A stretch of 64,000 nt of DNA from Phyllobates terribilis (GCF_046119375.1 NW_027362767.1:424700001-424764000), one strand, 5' to 3'. Shown: positions 1 to 30,305, counted from the stretch's first letter. The notes: generated by a model not told the origin, from the letters alone. Numbers and translations are program-made.

Positions 1-1907
1 CTCTACAAACAAATGCTTAGAAGTTTCCAGGGGCTTGTTGAGTGGGACCAGCTGGTGGTTAGGATGTATTATGGTCCTTGCAACCCTAACTACTTTCCCA
101 GTAGTCTTAAAGGGGCCCGTTGAGTTTTTTGATTCACAAGTCCCACTCGTAACATACAGTGTGCCTTATGAGGACATACTAATATTGGGGGTTTATGTAA
201 TTAATAGGGAAAGCTATAATAGACAACATGGTCTGCGATCATAGAGCCATTTTTAAAAATGTATTCGTATTCTGTTACCACATCCTCCACTAGGGGGAGC
301 TCCCATTCAAATCAGTATACATGTATGAGCAGTGAGCTTCCCCTGGTGGCTGCATTATATATGGTTGATCTAAATCTGAGAGGTGAAACTTGCTCACACC
401 ACGTATAGATGAAAATAAAAACAGCAGATATAGATGGCCGTGTAATAAGTCCCTACTTTTCCGTCCGTTACTTGGTTCCTGTCTAGATCATCCCCATATT
501 CCGTTTCCTAATCTATATTCAGTCTTGGTGACCTTAGAGAAGGAACTAGAGGGGTCTCCAGCAATGTCCTAAAAAATAGCCAAAGAGGAGGGGTTAGACT
601 GAGCCACAGCTTCCACTAGAGTGCACTTTACAGTGTATATAATACTTTGATTACATCTTCTGCTTTTAGATCTTTATATATTTTATATCCTATGTACATA
701 ATCCTGTATATTGTGTTCATAGATTTCTAGAAAAAAAAGTTTTCATAAGAGTTTAATAAATTGAATAATTATATGAAATAATCTGATTTCTTCATGATGA
801 CGTCGTATGCGAAACTGCAAGTCCCATGATGCTCCCTGTTGTAAGAAAACGCCCAAGTCAACCCTATTAAAAAAAAAAAAATCTGCTTCTTTCTTCACTT
901 ATGAGCCACTTCTTTTCCCCTGCCTCCTGAACTCATCAGCCATTCTGAAGACACCTGCTAAAATCTGTCCTGCTGAAGATAAGACACTGCCAGGGCTCAC
1001 TGAGGGAACAGATTACAGCTGTCTATTAAAGCCAATGTAGAGGGGTGAGTGAGGCAGACACACACAGAGATGGTGATTCTGCTTTCTAGTAAGTGTTTAT
1101 TTCATTGTGGAGCTGGATTCACAGCTACACTGCTCAGTACTGCTGCATAATGTCATTCATGCTGCTGCTTCTGAACATGTGCCCTGTATGGGAGACATCA
1201 CAGGAGCAGGTCTCCACCCAGCAGCTCAGAGACACCTGAAAATTAGAGATAAAGCCTGTAGCGGGCAAAAGTGCATCAAGTTAAGATTTTGTAAAGCTGT
1301 TATGATAGGCATCATCTCTTATCTAATTATTAGCAAACTTTTCCCACGCCCTATGTACTTCAGCAGTTAGGAGTCCAGACACAGGAAGAGTCATGACATG
1401 TAAATCTACATCCACCTGGTTGAACATTAAACCGTTCCTCTGCCTGTAGGATGCACTGAAATTGTGCACACTCAGGTGTGAACTAGGCCTACTGCGCATG
1501 ATCATAAAAAAAATTATCAGCCTATATCTGCTCCAATTTTTATAGTTTTTGCGGCTTTCTAGTAAGTGTTTCTTTCACCCTGGAGCTGGATTCACAGCTA
1601 CACTGCTCAATAATTCTGTATAGTATTCTCCATGCTGCTGCTTCTTCTGGACAGCTGTTGAAATAGGAGAGCAGAAATCCCTCATGTCTGTGTGTATTAT
1701 TATTTTTTTTTTTATATACTTCTGAAAATTTGGAATATTTGATAATCCAGACCCTTCCCGATCCAGTGTAAATACATGCCAGGACATTACATGTGATTAT
1801 TATAGACCTTTTATTAACAGAATCGTAACAAATTACATCCCCGGAACATAATAATTACAACCATTAAGAGCATTAGTTCAGTAGAGTTGAGCACCAGCAT
1901 TATGGCA

Positions 1908-2103
1908 GTCAGGCCGGCAGCGCAGGGGACCGTCAGGCCGGCAGCGCAGGGGACCGTCAGGCCGGCAGCGCAGGGGACCGTCAGGCCGGCAGCGCAGGGC
2001 ACCGTCAGGCCGGCAGCGCAGGGCACCGTCAGGCCGGCAGCGCAGGGGACCGTCAGGCCGGCAGCGCAGGGGACCGTCAGGCCGGCAGCGCAGGGGACCG
2101 TCG
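1908..2103. repeat. 24-bp minisatellite, ~8 copies
   Basis: Unit gtcaggccggcagcgcagggg/cacc. Confidence 0.95.
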
Positions 2104-3004
2104 CAGTCAATCGCTGACAGGCCACCCAGCACATAAGATATGTCCTGAGCAGAGGACCCTGACTAATCTGAACCTATACAGAGTAAACTTCCCAGTGTCT
2201 GGTGGTGGTCTCTTTCTAGTTGTGTCACTGGAGACCTTTATAAAATGGCAAAAGGCGGCACAAATGTGATGTACCTAGAGAGACAACCAACACCAGGAGG
2301 ACCAATAATATACATATATACCCGTCTCAAATCACATGGCAGTGGTGGGTCACTTAAAGCTCTCAGCGTATCAAGGGCAAGACCAAAAATGAACCCTTGA
2401 TGTAACAAACGTTCTAATATGTCGATAAATATCAAAACGTCTAACATTGGTCACGATTTTGCAGGAGACCTTCAGCACCGCGCCTTTAACAAGGGGCCCA
2501 GTTTGTAGTTAGTAAGTAACCAAGAACAACCAACATCACTCAAGACCTGAAAACTTAGGCACAGCTAAACATTCTGCTCCTCCCAGGTCCAGGAAGCTGA
2601 GATCTGAGGGGCTATTTGCCATCTTGGATATGTACAGTGCTCCTCCGTATTGGTAAGACCAGACAAGCGTGGCAAGGGGAAAAAAGAAACATATATTCAA
2701 GTGTATTAGTTCCGCACACGATATGATCGATTGTAAGTGATCCCCTAGAGATCACTACATGATCCTTTCCTGGGAGCTGAGATCAGGACATTATGGTCTC
2801 TTACTTTCTATGGAGTGATCATCAGTAGGCCTGGCCTTGGAAGGCCTTACTGGACAACTGGGAACAATGGTGGATTATCGGTCCGGAAGTCGTCCACATG
2901 GTAGGGCAGCATGAGGAATCAATGTCGCCTCCAGCATATTCGGCCTCCACCGAGGAAAGATGAAAGCGGAGGATCACATCAGAGCAGAATGTGTTTCTTC
3001 AGCT

Positions 3005-3128
3005 TCCATAAAGTCATGGCCCTCAGATCAGGAGGCCTCCATAAAGTCATGGCCCTCAGATCAGGAGGCCTCCATAAAGTCATGGCCCTCAGATCAGGAG
3101 GCCTCCATAAAGTCATGGCCCTCAGATC
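3005..3128. repeat. 33-bp minisatellite, ~3.7 copies
   Basis: Unit cataaagtcatggccctcagatcaggaggcctc. Confidence 0.95.
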
Positions 3129-4373
3129 TGCCCGCATTGATACTTTCGACCCTAAGACAACAGGACATACGAGGTCTTGGATCATTGCTCGTGTCTCATC
3201 AGTTCTCCATGGTCTTTCTGTAGAACATCACCGTACTAGATCCATCTGATCTGTCTGCATATACATATACATTGACCTGAAGTAGAAAAGTCTAGAATTC
3301 CAAATCTGACTCCTGTCTTCATTCCCACCTCGTTTTAGACATTTCCCACATCCCTTACGCTTTCCAACATCCCTGATCCTAACAGATACGTCACCTCCTG
3401 TTTCCTCCATAAATATATATCAAGCCTCCAGCCTTAAACCAATGATCCCAAGTTACAATAACCCTCCCCACCCGCCCCTATCCAAATCCGGTGAAAAAAG
3501 ATTCCAGTTCTGAGTCTCCAGCTGGTAAACAATAAGTGTCATCCCATTAGTCCCATCAGAAAAGTAGCAAAGAAGAAGATCTGGAAGAGAAGACGGGGGC
3601 AGAAATTAAAGCAAACGTGATGGGGGACACTTAGTCGCATCTAAACATGTAATCACTGCAGTCCTGCAAGAGCTCAGACTAAAATCAGAGAAAAAGCATC
3701 CTGCAGAGGGCGCTGTCTGCACTTGGCTGTCTACAGCTCGCACTGAACTCATTGGTGACTGTGTGACTCTGTATGCGGGGAGCTCCCCCTAGTGGTGACT
3801 TCAGGTAACTAATATTTAATTTGATGCCCATGTGACGGAGGGAGCAGAAGGGGTTTAGCAATAGGTTCCTCTCGCCCCACAGCAGTTGTGTCATCTATAA
3901 GCTTTAAGAAGGGAGAGTACAAAAACGGGAATAAAAAGAAAAGGGCCGACTCATCAAAGCTTTTATATCAGTATTCTGGTTTAAGAAGCTTTGAAGAGTC
4001 CTATCATTTTGGCGCAACTCGAGGCTGCACTAAAACTTTGTGACTGAAGACGTTCTAGCACCATTTTTGCCCAGGTCCGACAAAGTAAGTGGGATGGGGG
4101 CATGGCGACCACCACTTGTGATATTCATGACCACAAGCCACAACTAATAACCTCCCTAGCCCAGCATCAGACCAAACCCACAAGCTGGCACCTGCCTCGG
4201 GACATGTCCACCAGGTAAAATCCTTACTCCACCCACACAATTCCTTTATGTCGCCATCCCATTGTAGCATTAAAACTGCACCAGGAACCGCAGCAGTGCC
4301 ACCTGCCCATCACCCGCCCTGCCAGTGCCACGCCACATCACCAGGCGTCTGAGCACATAGGAACCCGCTCACC

Positions 4374-20063
<15,690 letters not shown>

Positions 20064-20630
20064 ATCTAGAAGAGGAAACCAAGAAACAATACAAAGCGGT
20101 AAAAAAAAAAATTTTTGAAAAAAAATGACAATAAAAAAAAAATACTTTTTACACCGAGGGACCTGATGCACAGAGTTTTATATGTCACAGGCCCCTCGCA
20201 CGGCTGAATGTTTTGCACACAACATACAAGGGGAGTGTGTCCACGTTTGCACGGCCCTGACTCATCTGTCACAACACCCTGCAGGAAGGGAAGGCCGGCG
20301 GCAGCCGCCAGGGATTACCGGCTTGTTCCACTGATACTTTCTCCTAAAACTTTTCCCCTGTTCCCGTGAGCCCAGATCCTCTAATACAGGACCCTCTGCT
20401 ATTCCCCTACAGCTGCTCCAGCCTGTCCTCTGCCAACCAGTAAGTCTCCACCACCACCCCCAAGTCGTCACCACCCACCTGCACTGTCGCTGGCACTGAC
20501 GGGCCCCTAGGTCTCCTTGCACATGCAGAACTAGTCACAGCTCCTTCCAAAACTCCTATGCCCACATGGCAGACTGGTATCCAGAAGTGAGTGCTCAGGA
20601 GCAGGACAGCACCCTCCCCTGCCAGCTCAC

Positions 20631-20760
20631 CTCTCCTGCCAGGAAACTCCCAAGAGGGAGGAGTGGAGGTGTGCACCCAGGACACTACCTGACTTAACCC
20701 TTTCAAGGTAGAAACACCTGAAACAAAGGTGTTTTTTTTCTAGGTTTGCTACAATGTATC
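20631..20760 (-). other. Putative non-coding first exon of the myomegalin-like gene
   Basis: The ATG at 20063 lies 2 nt inside a pyrimidine-rich acceptor (ttcctcttctag at 20066-67), so an upstream exon is implied. A GAG/GTGAGC donor sits at 20630. The 5' boundary is a guess. Confidence 0.4.
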
Positions 20761-21779
20761 AACCCCCCCCCCCCCCAACACACACTAGCGAGACTCATAG
20801 TAACGAATGGAAAATATTTGCTATGTGAACTCACTGGCATTTAAAGGGTTAAAGGGCAGCTTTGCAAGATTATACTAGAAATAGCTCCTCTAATCTCCGG
20901 CAGAATCCCACCACCACCACCACTCCTACGGGAAAAGTAGCACACTACAAGTCCCAGCATGTCCTATTCAGGAGGAACTGGAGCACAGATAATATGTAGC
21001 TCGACCCCCTCATATCATGGGATAAAAACTTTTGCTCTGGAAGGGAAAGAGTTAAAAGGATTTTAAATGAGGATTTTTTTTTTCTGGACCTTTAACAGTG
21101 CACAGGTTGGGGGTGGGGGGATGGGTGGATATTAACACATTCAGTTCCAGAGGGTGTAGGAAGAGGCTGCAGAGGACTGTGTTTTGTAGATGGGTGTTTG
21201 GCAGGTCAGGGGTTAATGACAACTTTTCAGGCTGCAGTGAAGTTATTGAAACTTTAGTAGAGTCCAGACAACTTTTCCTCCACCCCCCTCCTGTGTGGCA
21301 TGTTGGTTTGTTCTGTTTACACATATTTATCTTGGGTGGGTCTCACCTACTTCTACAGGTGAGAAGAGTCAGGCCACACCTACTTTTAAAAAGACAGTAC
21401 ATTAAAAAGAACTGGAGCCATTTTGCACTGATTTTTGCAACCTTATAAAAAAAATGTTTGTGTTTTTGGAGTTTTAATGCCCCTCATTATTTTAACTTTG
21501 CTCAAATATATGTGATGTTTTAATATTTTAATTTCACTTTTTTTTTTTAAATACTTTGTCTCCATTTCAACTTTTTTTTTTTTTTTCATATTTCCATTAC
21601 GGCTGTAACTTTTTTTTTTTGGAGAGGAAAGAGTTAAAAGGACTTTGCTAATGATGCGGTTCAGAAAGTCTCTGCAGCATTTTTATTACTTTTTTTTCTT
21701 CACTAGAAAAACAGCGACATCATTTCCATTTATCTTCCTATTATTACATTTTTAACAGATCCATTGCAAACATTACATG

Positions 21780-22160
21780 GGAAACTGTAGCTGACATTTT
21801 ATTATTTTTATATATTTTCTTTATAATGTTATAAAGAATATATATATTTTTATACATGTTTTATAATATATTTATATATATACACTTTTTATATATTTAA
21901 TATTTGTATATATCTTATTTATATAACTTTATAATATATTTATATTTTTTTATAATTTATATATATTTTTATATATTATTTTTAATATTTTCTAGATACT
22001 TTTTTTTTTACAATATATTTTATTTGTATATCATTTTAGATATAACTTTATAATATATTTATATATTGTTTTTATATTTTATATACAATTTTGTAGATTT
22101 TTATATTTTTTTATATATAATGTTTAATATATTTTATAATATATTGTATATATTTATTTT
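21780..22160. repeat. AT-rich low-complexity tract
   Basis: Nearly pure A/T sequence built from tatatt/ttttata motifs. Confidence 0.85.
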
Positions 22161-22801
22161 TATTGTGGAAGTCACACTGATACTGATAAACGGGCCACGA
22201 CATGGATGAAAAATGCACACTTTTTTCATATCCACGTGTGACCGATGCTAGGACGACGTCCCCACAATGAGTTTTTGGTGACTTTTGTACGTTTTGTATT
22301 TTTAAATGCAAGTAAAACCTATTTTACTTAAAAGAGCCGGCACCCGCTGTGTAATACGCCGGCCGGGCTGTGATGTACAGGTAAGTCGCACATCAGGAAG
22401 GGGTTAATAAAGTGCAGAGAAGAGATGGCACCGGCGGCGTGTAGGAAAGTGACTCTGCCCCCTCTGCGCTCTGACTCCTGTCCTGCGACTGATTCGTGAC
22501 GCGGAGATCGACAGACCCCACTGTCTATAACGAGGAGATGCTGGAGGGTCTTGGGGCACATTGCAATAGCTTTCCTGGCAGTGGGGAGGGTGCAGGTAAT
22601 TATTATAATATAGGCGCTTCCTTCTAGAAACAGCGCCACACATGTCTATTGGTTGTGTTTGGTACTGCAGCTCAAGCCCATTGACTTTAATAGACATGGG
22701 CTGCAATACCAGGTATGACCCCTAAACTGGTGGGGCGCTGTTCAGGAATAAAGCATTTTTTTTATATTTGTCCCCCAGGCACAGATCCACCATTTCCTTG
22801 C

Positions 22802-23048
22802 TGATGACGGATCTGTGATGACGGATCTGAGATGACGGATCTGTGATGACGGATCTGAGATGACGGATCTGTGATGACGGATCTGTGATGACGGATCTGT
22901 GATGACGGATCTGTGATGACGGATCTGTGATGACGGATCTGTGATGACGGATCTGTGATGACGGATCTGTGATGACGGATCTGAGATGACGGATCTGTGA
23001 TGACGGATCTGTGATGACGGATCTGTGATGACGGATCTGTGATGACGG
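22802..23048. repeat. 14-bp minisatellite, ~17 copies
   Basis: Unit tgtgatgacggatc, just beyond the candidate PPT2 polyA site. Confidence 0.95.
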
Positions 23049-24138
23049 TTAGTCGCTGTGCGGTCAGACACGGTTTATATATAACAACTTCAAATGCAGA
23101 AATGTTTTATTGAACACAACAAACAGCAATAAAAATGAAAAAAAAGGCAGAAAAAAAACCACAATTACTGCTACAAGTCTAACGGGGCGGTAAACTTCCT
23201 GACGTAACCCCCTCGTGTCCAGGAGTGTCAGCTCTTGTGCCTTGGGGTTATAAATACATAAATAACCAACGTCCTGAGTGTCCCGAGTCCCGAACCCGAC
23301 AATCTAAGAAAGGTAAAAAATAATAATATTTGCTGCCCCGATTTCCACGGACATTGCATTGATGACGGCTTTTATTTTTGCAGCAAACACAGGGATATTT
23401 CCGCTCCAGATCGGCCAGGTTTCCCCAAAAAACGAAAGCACCATCCCCTGCCGTTTTGTGTATACAGCTTCTATGCAGATTTGTGCGTTTCTACGGTTGC
23501 AGACTACAAACGTATGTGTCGTTTGATCCTGAAGTTATGCGTTGCTCCCTCTCCCCTGCATAGGTGCTGTGTACACAAAACGGCAACCTTCATTTTTAGA
23601 TGCATTGGAGCGATACCAAGAAATTGGACAATCCGTACGTCCGATCGGTGGGAAAACGGCATGTAAGTGCCGACTATGGCGCAACCACGAACGTCGGCGC
23701 CCAAAAGTCCACGCACGGGGCAGGCAGGCGGACAGTTAGCAAAAATCTACGAGGTTCACCCCGTAAAGGTAAAAAGCACCCTGATAGCCCATAATGTGAC
23801 AGCAGTGATCGGAGGAGCAGAGGTAGAGGATCCCACTTTGTACCATTCCCCCAAAAATTGTGCAAACGGTCTCCCAAAAATTAATTTTAGAAAAAGGGGT
23901 ACGACCAGAAAACATTCTACCTTCCAAAAGAGTCAGGGGAGGGATATAAAAGTATCCTACGTTCCTTCCACAGTTACACAATGGAGACCGATGCCGGGAG
24001 GTAAAAATGGCAGGAGGCCTAAAGTTCATGGCAGTAGGCGGCCGAGGATGGGCTGGGAAGGGTCATGGATCCGGGTCCTAAAGAGGGAGAAGAAGGTTCT
24101 CATGGCGGAGCACACGGGGGGCGTGCGGAGCGGCGGCG

Positions 24139-27100
24139 TTAGGTCAGCCACTTCTCGATGCATTCCTTGTACACCGTCTCGTTGGAGTGCCACATTGTGT
24201 GAACCACGTTATCCACGGAGTACACCGTGACTGCTCCTCTCTTATCCAACGTGCGGAGGCCAAAGCTGTCGTCCTCGTAAACCTGAGGGCGACAAGAAGC
24301 AATAGGGAACGGTATATAAGAGAGGAGGTAAATGTGCCGCTCACACAGAGGCAGGGCTCGTTACAGTGTATTGGAGAGCTGGGTGTCCCTCGGCGTGGTG
24401 CACCAGACGTATCTGTACGGGAGCTTTCACATTGGGTGCAGGCACGCGTTCGGTGGCCCCGTTAGGGTTTATGTCCGGATCTCCCGCAAAACAGGATTTG
24501 GACGTATGCGAACGTGCGCTCTGCTGTCCATCATTTTCGAGCGTGTACGCCTACTACTCCCGAGAATGATGCACGGCAGAGGACATGTTCGCTCTGTCAG
24601 CACCATTATAGTCCATGGCTCCTTCGGTGCATACGCCTGAATCCTGTTTTGTGGGGCTTCAGATGTAAGCCCAACAGGACCCACAGTCGGGTGCCAGAAC
24701 GCAATGTGAACACACCCAATGACTGGAGCCTTGTCTGTGACACTTGTAGTACTAAGCAGCCATCCCCCATGGATGATGGGAGTGTGAGTGCTCAGTATTT
24801 TGCACTTGTGCTACCTCCCTATTTATCTTGGGCTCCGCTGCATCCTGCAGTATATTGGTATGGTGACCAGGTATTATTAAGTATGGCACTTTTTTTTTCT
24901 TTTTTTTTTTTTTTAAAGTGGGAACAAACCCCCAAAAGAGATTTCCAGGAAGACCCCACCTTCTGCTGCCTCATCTCCTGCACCGTCTCATTCTCGTCGT
25001 AGAATCCAAAGTGGCTGAAAAGATAAAAAAATGTAACATGAGGCCGTGCGACGTGCGCGGGTACACGGACGCTGCGGACCACCGCCTCTGTACCTGGACT
25101 CCCAGGGGGTGATGACGCCATCGCTGGGACCGCCGATGAGGACTAACTTCCGAAGGCGCAGGAAGTTCTTCCTCCATTCTGAAAGTAAGAAAATTACTTC
25201 TTAGATAAAAAGACATGAAATTAAGGAAAGTAAAAATTGTTCTGATTGTAAATATTGGGGACCCCATGGACACTTATGTGGGTGCGGTGGGGGCATAGAG
25301 GCGGCCATTTCCGTCCCACATTACCTGTGGTGTTTGGCTCCGGCCGTTCAGAGTTTATAGGTGCCAGGAAGTTGCTGCTGTTGATGTACATGTCGTGGTG
25401 ATGGGGATCTGAAAACAGAAAAAACGCCATCAGTAAAAAACACTCAATGACCACCACACTCAGCGCCACCTGGTGGACATCAGCAAGCGCTATCTGGGGG
25501 CGCCGGGAGGTGCGTCACGTCACCCCCGCCCCCTCACCCTCTGCCGTCACTTACCGTTCCAGAAATTGCAGATGGAGATGCTCTGCCCGAACTGCGTGTA
25601 GCAGAATCTGTACAGATTGGCCTTCACATAGGTGGGGAAGAGATAGCGCAGGTAATCCGTGTCTGCAACACAGGACGCCGCGGTGTTAAGTGTGCACAGG
25701 TACACCCCGAAGGAGCAGAACTGGACGCCAACATTATAAGGGGGAAATAACCCTAAAGTGACAGCTGTATGCATCATTTTCCTACATCCCCTTCCCTCTA
25801 CCTTTATTTTTGGGGGGAGCCATCTTTTTTTTTTGCTTCCCCTTCTTCTAAGAGCAATAACTTTTCTTTTTTCTGAGTTATTTTTATGCAGGACGAGTTA
25901 TAGTATGAAGGACACCAATGACTTTACCATATCATATAGTGAAAAAAAAACAGAAAATCAATTCCATCATTATATTTATGGTATTCGCTGTAGGATGCGA
26001 TTCTCCAGGTCAGTGCGATTACGGGGATTCCAAAACATTTTCTGAGACCCGTCACTGAGTATATACAGTTGTGCTCAAAAGTTTATATCCCCCCGGCAGA
26101 ATTTTTCCCTTCTTGGCCTTGTTTCAGAGAATACGAATGAAAACAAAAACCTTTTTCTCCACTCACGGTTATTGGTTGGGTGAATCCATTTATTGTCAAA
26201 CTACTGTGTTTTCTCTTTTTAAATCTTAATAACAACCAAAAACATCCAAATGACCCTGATCAAAAGTTCACATACCCCAGTTCTTAATACCGTGTATTGC
26301 CCCCTCTAACATCAATGACAGCTAGAAGTCTTTTGTGGTAGTTGTGGATGAGGTTCTTTATTTTCTCAGATGGTAAAGCTGCCCATTCTTCTTGGCAAAA
26401 AGCCTCCAGTTCCTGTAAATTCCTGGTCTGTCCAGCATGAACTGCGCGCTTGAGATCTCCCCAGAGTGGCTCAATGATATTGAGGTCAGGAGACTGAGAT
26501 GGCCACTCCAGAACCTTCACTTTGTTCTGCTGTAGTCAATGACAGGTCAACTTGGCCTTGTGTTTTGGATCGTTGTCATGTTGGAACGTCCAAGTACGTC
26601 TCATGCGCAGCTTCCGGGTTGATGAATGCAAATTTGCCTCCAGTATTTGCTGATAACGTGCTGCATTCATCTTTCCTTCAACTTTACCAAGTTTCCTGTG
26701 CCTTTGTAGCTCACACATCCCCCAAAACATCAGCCATCCACCTCCGTGTTTTACTGTAGGAATGGTGTTCCTTTCATCATAGGCCTTGTTGACCTCTCTC
26801 CAAATATAATGTTTATGGTTGTTTCCAAAAAGATCAATTTTGGTCTCATCACTCCAAAATTACCTTGTTCCAGAAGTTTTGAGGCTTGTCTCTGTGCTGT
26901 TTGGCATATTGTAGGCGAGATACTTTGTGGCATTTACGTAGTAATGGCTTTCTTCTGGCGACTCGACCATGTAGCCCATTTTTCTTCAAGTGCCTCCTTA
27001 TTGTGCATCTTGAAACAGCCACACCGCTAGTTTTCAGAGAGTCCTGAATTTCAGCTGATGTTATTTGTGGGTTTTTCTTTCCATCCTGAACAATTTTCCT

Positions 27101-30100
27101 GGCAGTTGTGGCCGAAATTTTTGTTAGTCTACCTGACCGTGGTTTGGTTTTTACAGAGCCCCTGATTTTCCATTTGTTTATCACAGTTTGAACGCTGCTG
27201 ACTGGCATTATCAATTCCTTGGATATCTTTTTGTATCCCTTTCCTGTGTTATACAGTTCAACTACCTTTTCCCGTAGATCCGTTGACAATTCTTTTGCTT
27301 TCTCCATGACTAACAATCCAGAAACGTCAGTGGCTGGATGAAAGATGCAAGAGTCTGTCTGGATCCCAGAAACTCACTCAGCTTTTATGCGCACACACTG
27401 ATTACAAGCAAACAGGTCACAGGTGAGGATGTTACCTTTAGTAGCCATTCAAACCCATTTGTGTCAAATTCTGTGCATGTTATCAGGCCAAAATCACCAG
27501 GGTATGTGAACTTTTGATCAGGGTCATTAGGATGTTTTTGGTTGTCATTAAGATTTAAAAAGAGAAAACACAGTAGTTTGACAATAAATGGCTTCACCCA
27601 ACCAATAACCATGAGTGGAGAAAAAGGTTTTTGTTATCATTCATATTCTCTGAAACAGGTTAAGAAAGGAAAAATTCTGCCGGGGTATGTAAACTTTTGA
27701 GCACAACTGTATAACTTTTTTGCATGGTGAGCTGATGTTTTTATTATTTTGGGGCACACAGCATTTTATTTTTGGTGGGGGTGGGGAGATTAGGTGTCTA
27801 GTTTACTGCAAACTGCAATTCTGAGGTCTTGATTTTTTTCTCCCCTCCTCTTTTGTGGGGTCACCCCATCTGCTAAATAATTTTATATTTTCACAGATCC
27901 GCCTTTTCCGGATGCGGGGACACTGAACGCTGTTGTCTCTGCTCTTTGTGGAGGTGCTGGCTGTATAACACAGCTGCCATGTACAGAGCCGCCTCAGCTC
28001 CTGTGCCAACTCCATACACCCCCCGTGTCTGCCCCATACACCCCCCGTGCCCGCTGCATACACCCCCTGTGTCATACATTTATGCAATAGGATACTGAAG
28101 AGGTTAACAGACGGTAATTGGAGCCCGGACGGTTATTATATATAGCATATTATATTAATAATGGATGTATTCTGCCATCACTTCTGGAGGAGCAGAACAA
28201 TCAGACTCACATCTGGGAACACGCGGAGACTTTATTTCCCGACATGGTGCAACGGTCCTTTAGAGACGCATGGTAAAAATCTGCAGGACCGTCCTGCTTC
28301 ACGCCAAAGCGTCAAAGCTCATCGTAAAGACTGACCTCGAGAATTCCTAATAAAACAGCGCCACCCTTGTGCATAGGCTGTATCTGGTATTACACCAAGT
28401 GCACACTACAGACACAGCCCACAGACCGGAGCGGCACCGTAGTGAGGCAGATCTCATACACCCTCTATAAGCCAATAACTGTCAGGACATCTCAGTGCCA
28501 CGTGATCATACAGAGGAGAACATAATCGATATGGCCGAATCCTCACCTCCATACTGCCCCATCTGCGGAGAAGACAATGAGATGAACGTGTCCACATTGT
28601 GGTCCGGCATCGTCTCCAAGACCCCCCGACAGATCAGTCCACCTGCAGAAGGAAAGAGCGAGAATGTAGGAAGAAAATGCTACAGCCATTGGTAGAAGGG
28701 GGATCAGTGGCCGACCGTCTGTGCAAGGGATGGGCGACTGAGGGGGCAGGGAATCGGCGGCCGAGCGCCTAAAAGGGGGAAATCGGCGGCCGAGCGCCTA
28801 AAAGGGGGAAATCGGCGGCCGAGCGCCTAAAAGGGGGAAATCGGCGGCCGAGCGCCTAAAAGGGGGAAATCGGCGGCCGAGCGCCTAAAAGGGGGAAATC
28901 GGCGGCCGAGCGCCTAAAAGGGGGAAATCGGCGGCCGAGCGCCTAAAAGGGGGGAAATCGGCGGCCGAGCGCCTAAAAGGGGGAAATCGGCGGCCGAGCG
29001 TCTAAAGGGGGCGAGACGAGGGGTCACTGCACCCACTGTACAGAGCGCTGCTGCCTATTACACAGGAGGAAGCAGCTGTCGGGGCCCCTGGAGGTGACAC
29101 CCACTTCCCTGCCCTAATATATGTATATCTGAGTGATTGTGTCGGGCGTCTCCGCTTGTTCTGTCAGATGACTGGGAACTCTGGAATGAAATTACCCTGC
29201 AGATCCGGCGTCTCTCAGCTGCACGTGATGTAAACAGAAGTCAAAAAAATAAAGTGCCCCCGAGTACGAGCCTCGGTCTGCGCTGCTTAATGCAAGCGGC
29301 TCTCAGCCGATCACTGGAGACATTGGTGACATTTGTCCTACAGCTAGTGAATAGTTGTATGAGCCGCTATCGCTGACACCCGGCGCTGCGGATGCTGGGT
29401 AGAGTAGTCCTCACCTTGTGAATAGCAGAGCAGGTGCACCCCTTCCTTTCCGGCATTCTGCATTATGGGGTAGATGGCTTCCCGGAATCCCAACACTTGT
29501 TTCCAGAGAGGCTGCAGACTCGCCCGGTGGTCAAACAAGTCCAGCACCGAGATATTGGTGCCCGGGTGAGACTGGCGGGAGAAAAGGGAAGTCAGCCTGG
29601 AAGATTCCCCCGATCGTCCCATCAGGCGATAATGTCACAGCAGGAGCGCAAGAAAGATGTATCCTGGTACTGGCCTCATCCACACACCAAAACACTCACC
29701 GGGGAGAGACGGCGCCTCCACGAACTACCAGAGGAGACGGCGCCCCAATATGCTTGCCGGGGAGAGACGGCGTCCCCACAAGCTACCAGAGGAGACGGCG
29801 CCCCAATAAGCTCGCCGGGGAGTGACGGCGCCCCCACACGCTAGCCGAGGAGACGGCGCCCCAATATGCTCTCCAGGGAGAGACGGCGCCTCCACACGCT
29901 AGCAGAGAAGACGGCGCCCCAATATGCTCGCCGGGGAGAGACGGCGTCCCCACACGCTACCAGAGGAGAAGGCGCCCCAATACGCTCGCCGGGCAGAGAC
30001 AGCGCCCCAATACACTAGCAGAGGAGACGGCGCCCCCACATGCTCCTCATATGCACCCTGTCCACACACCAGCTGTCTCCTTTCTCCGTCTCCCTGCCCA

Positions 30101-30305
30101 TCACAAGCCCCCGCAGTCTCTCGGCACTGCCCGTCCCTCTCACCTTGTTGATGTACTCCACCAGGTATTTGAAGTTGGCAGAACTGTCAAAAAGTCCGTG
30201 GACCAGGATAACCGGCTTGTATCCATGCGTGGGGCCCGATAACAACAGCAAGAGGGGCAAGAGGAAGAAGAGCGTCGGCACTGCCAGGCGGCACATCTCA
30301 GCCAT
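24139..30305 (-). CDS. PPT2: Lysosomal thioesterase PPT2 (palmitoyl-protein thioesterase 2), 8 coding exons, 296 aa
   Basis: Exons 30305-30144 (162), 29571-29415 (157), 28642-28547 (96), 25662-25555 (108), 25408-25325 (84), 25178-25094 (85), 25014-24960 (55), 24282-24139 (144); total 891 nt, all GT-AG and in frame. Features: signal peptide, [14 protein letters not shown], nucleophile [21 protein letters not shown] (Asp), [12 protein letters not shown] (His), C-terminal IEKWLT*. Candidate polyA signal at 23106-23111. Confidence 0.96.
26066..27709 (-). mobile_element. Tc1/mariner DNA transposon, defective, in PPT2 intron 3
   Basis: TA-flanked TIRs cagttgtgctcaaaagttt. Transposase pieces [16 protein letters not shown]... 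(26849-27316), [21 protein letters not shown]. Confidence 0.95.
28748..29008. repeat. 29-bp minisatellite, ~9 copies
   Basis: Unit aaatcggcggccgagcgcctaaaaggggg. Confidence 0.95.
29700..30040. repeat. Degenerate ~30-bp repeat in PPT2 intron 1
   Basis: Recurring ggagacggcgcccc followed by aatatgctcgcc or cacacgctacca. Confidence 0.85.

Larger units (their letters stand above)
1790..3580 (-). other. Putative terminal 3'UTR exon of the myomegalin-like gene
   Basis: A G/GTGAGC donor lies 1 nt after the stop (4372). There is a strong acceptor (cccccgtcttctcttccag) at 3581-82 and a minus-strand AATAAA at 1810-1815. Confidence 0.45.

Noticed and set aside
1-1790. A further gene at the left edge
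   Set aside because: Only short ORFs and a duplicated ~100-bp repeat fragment (~1085-1175 and ~1557-1650); no coherent exon chain.
20064-20171. N-terminal 36 aa of the 438-aa ORF
   Set aside because: Intronic pyrimidine tract and acceptor upstream of the true MSDLC start.
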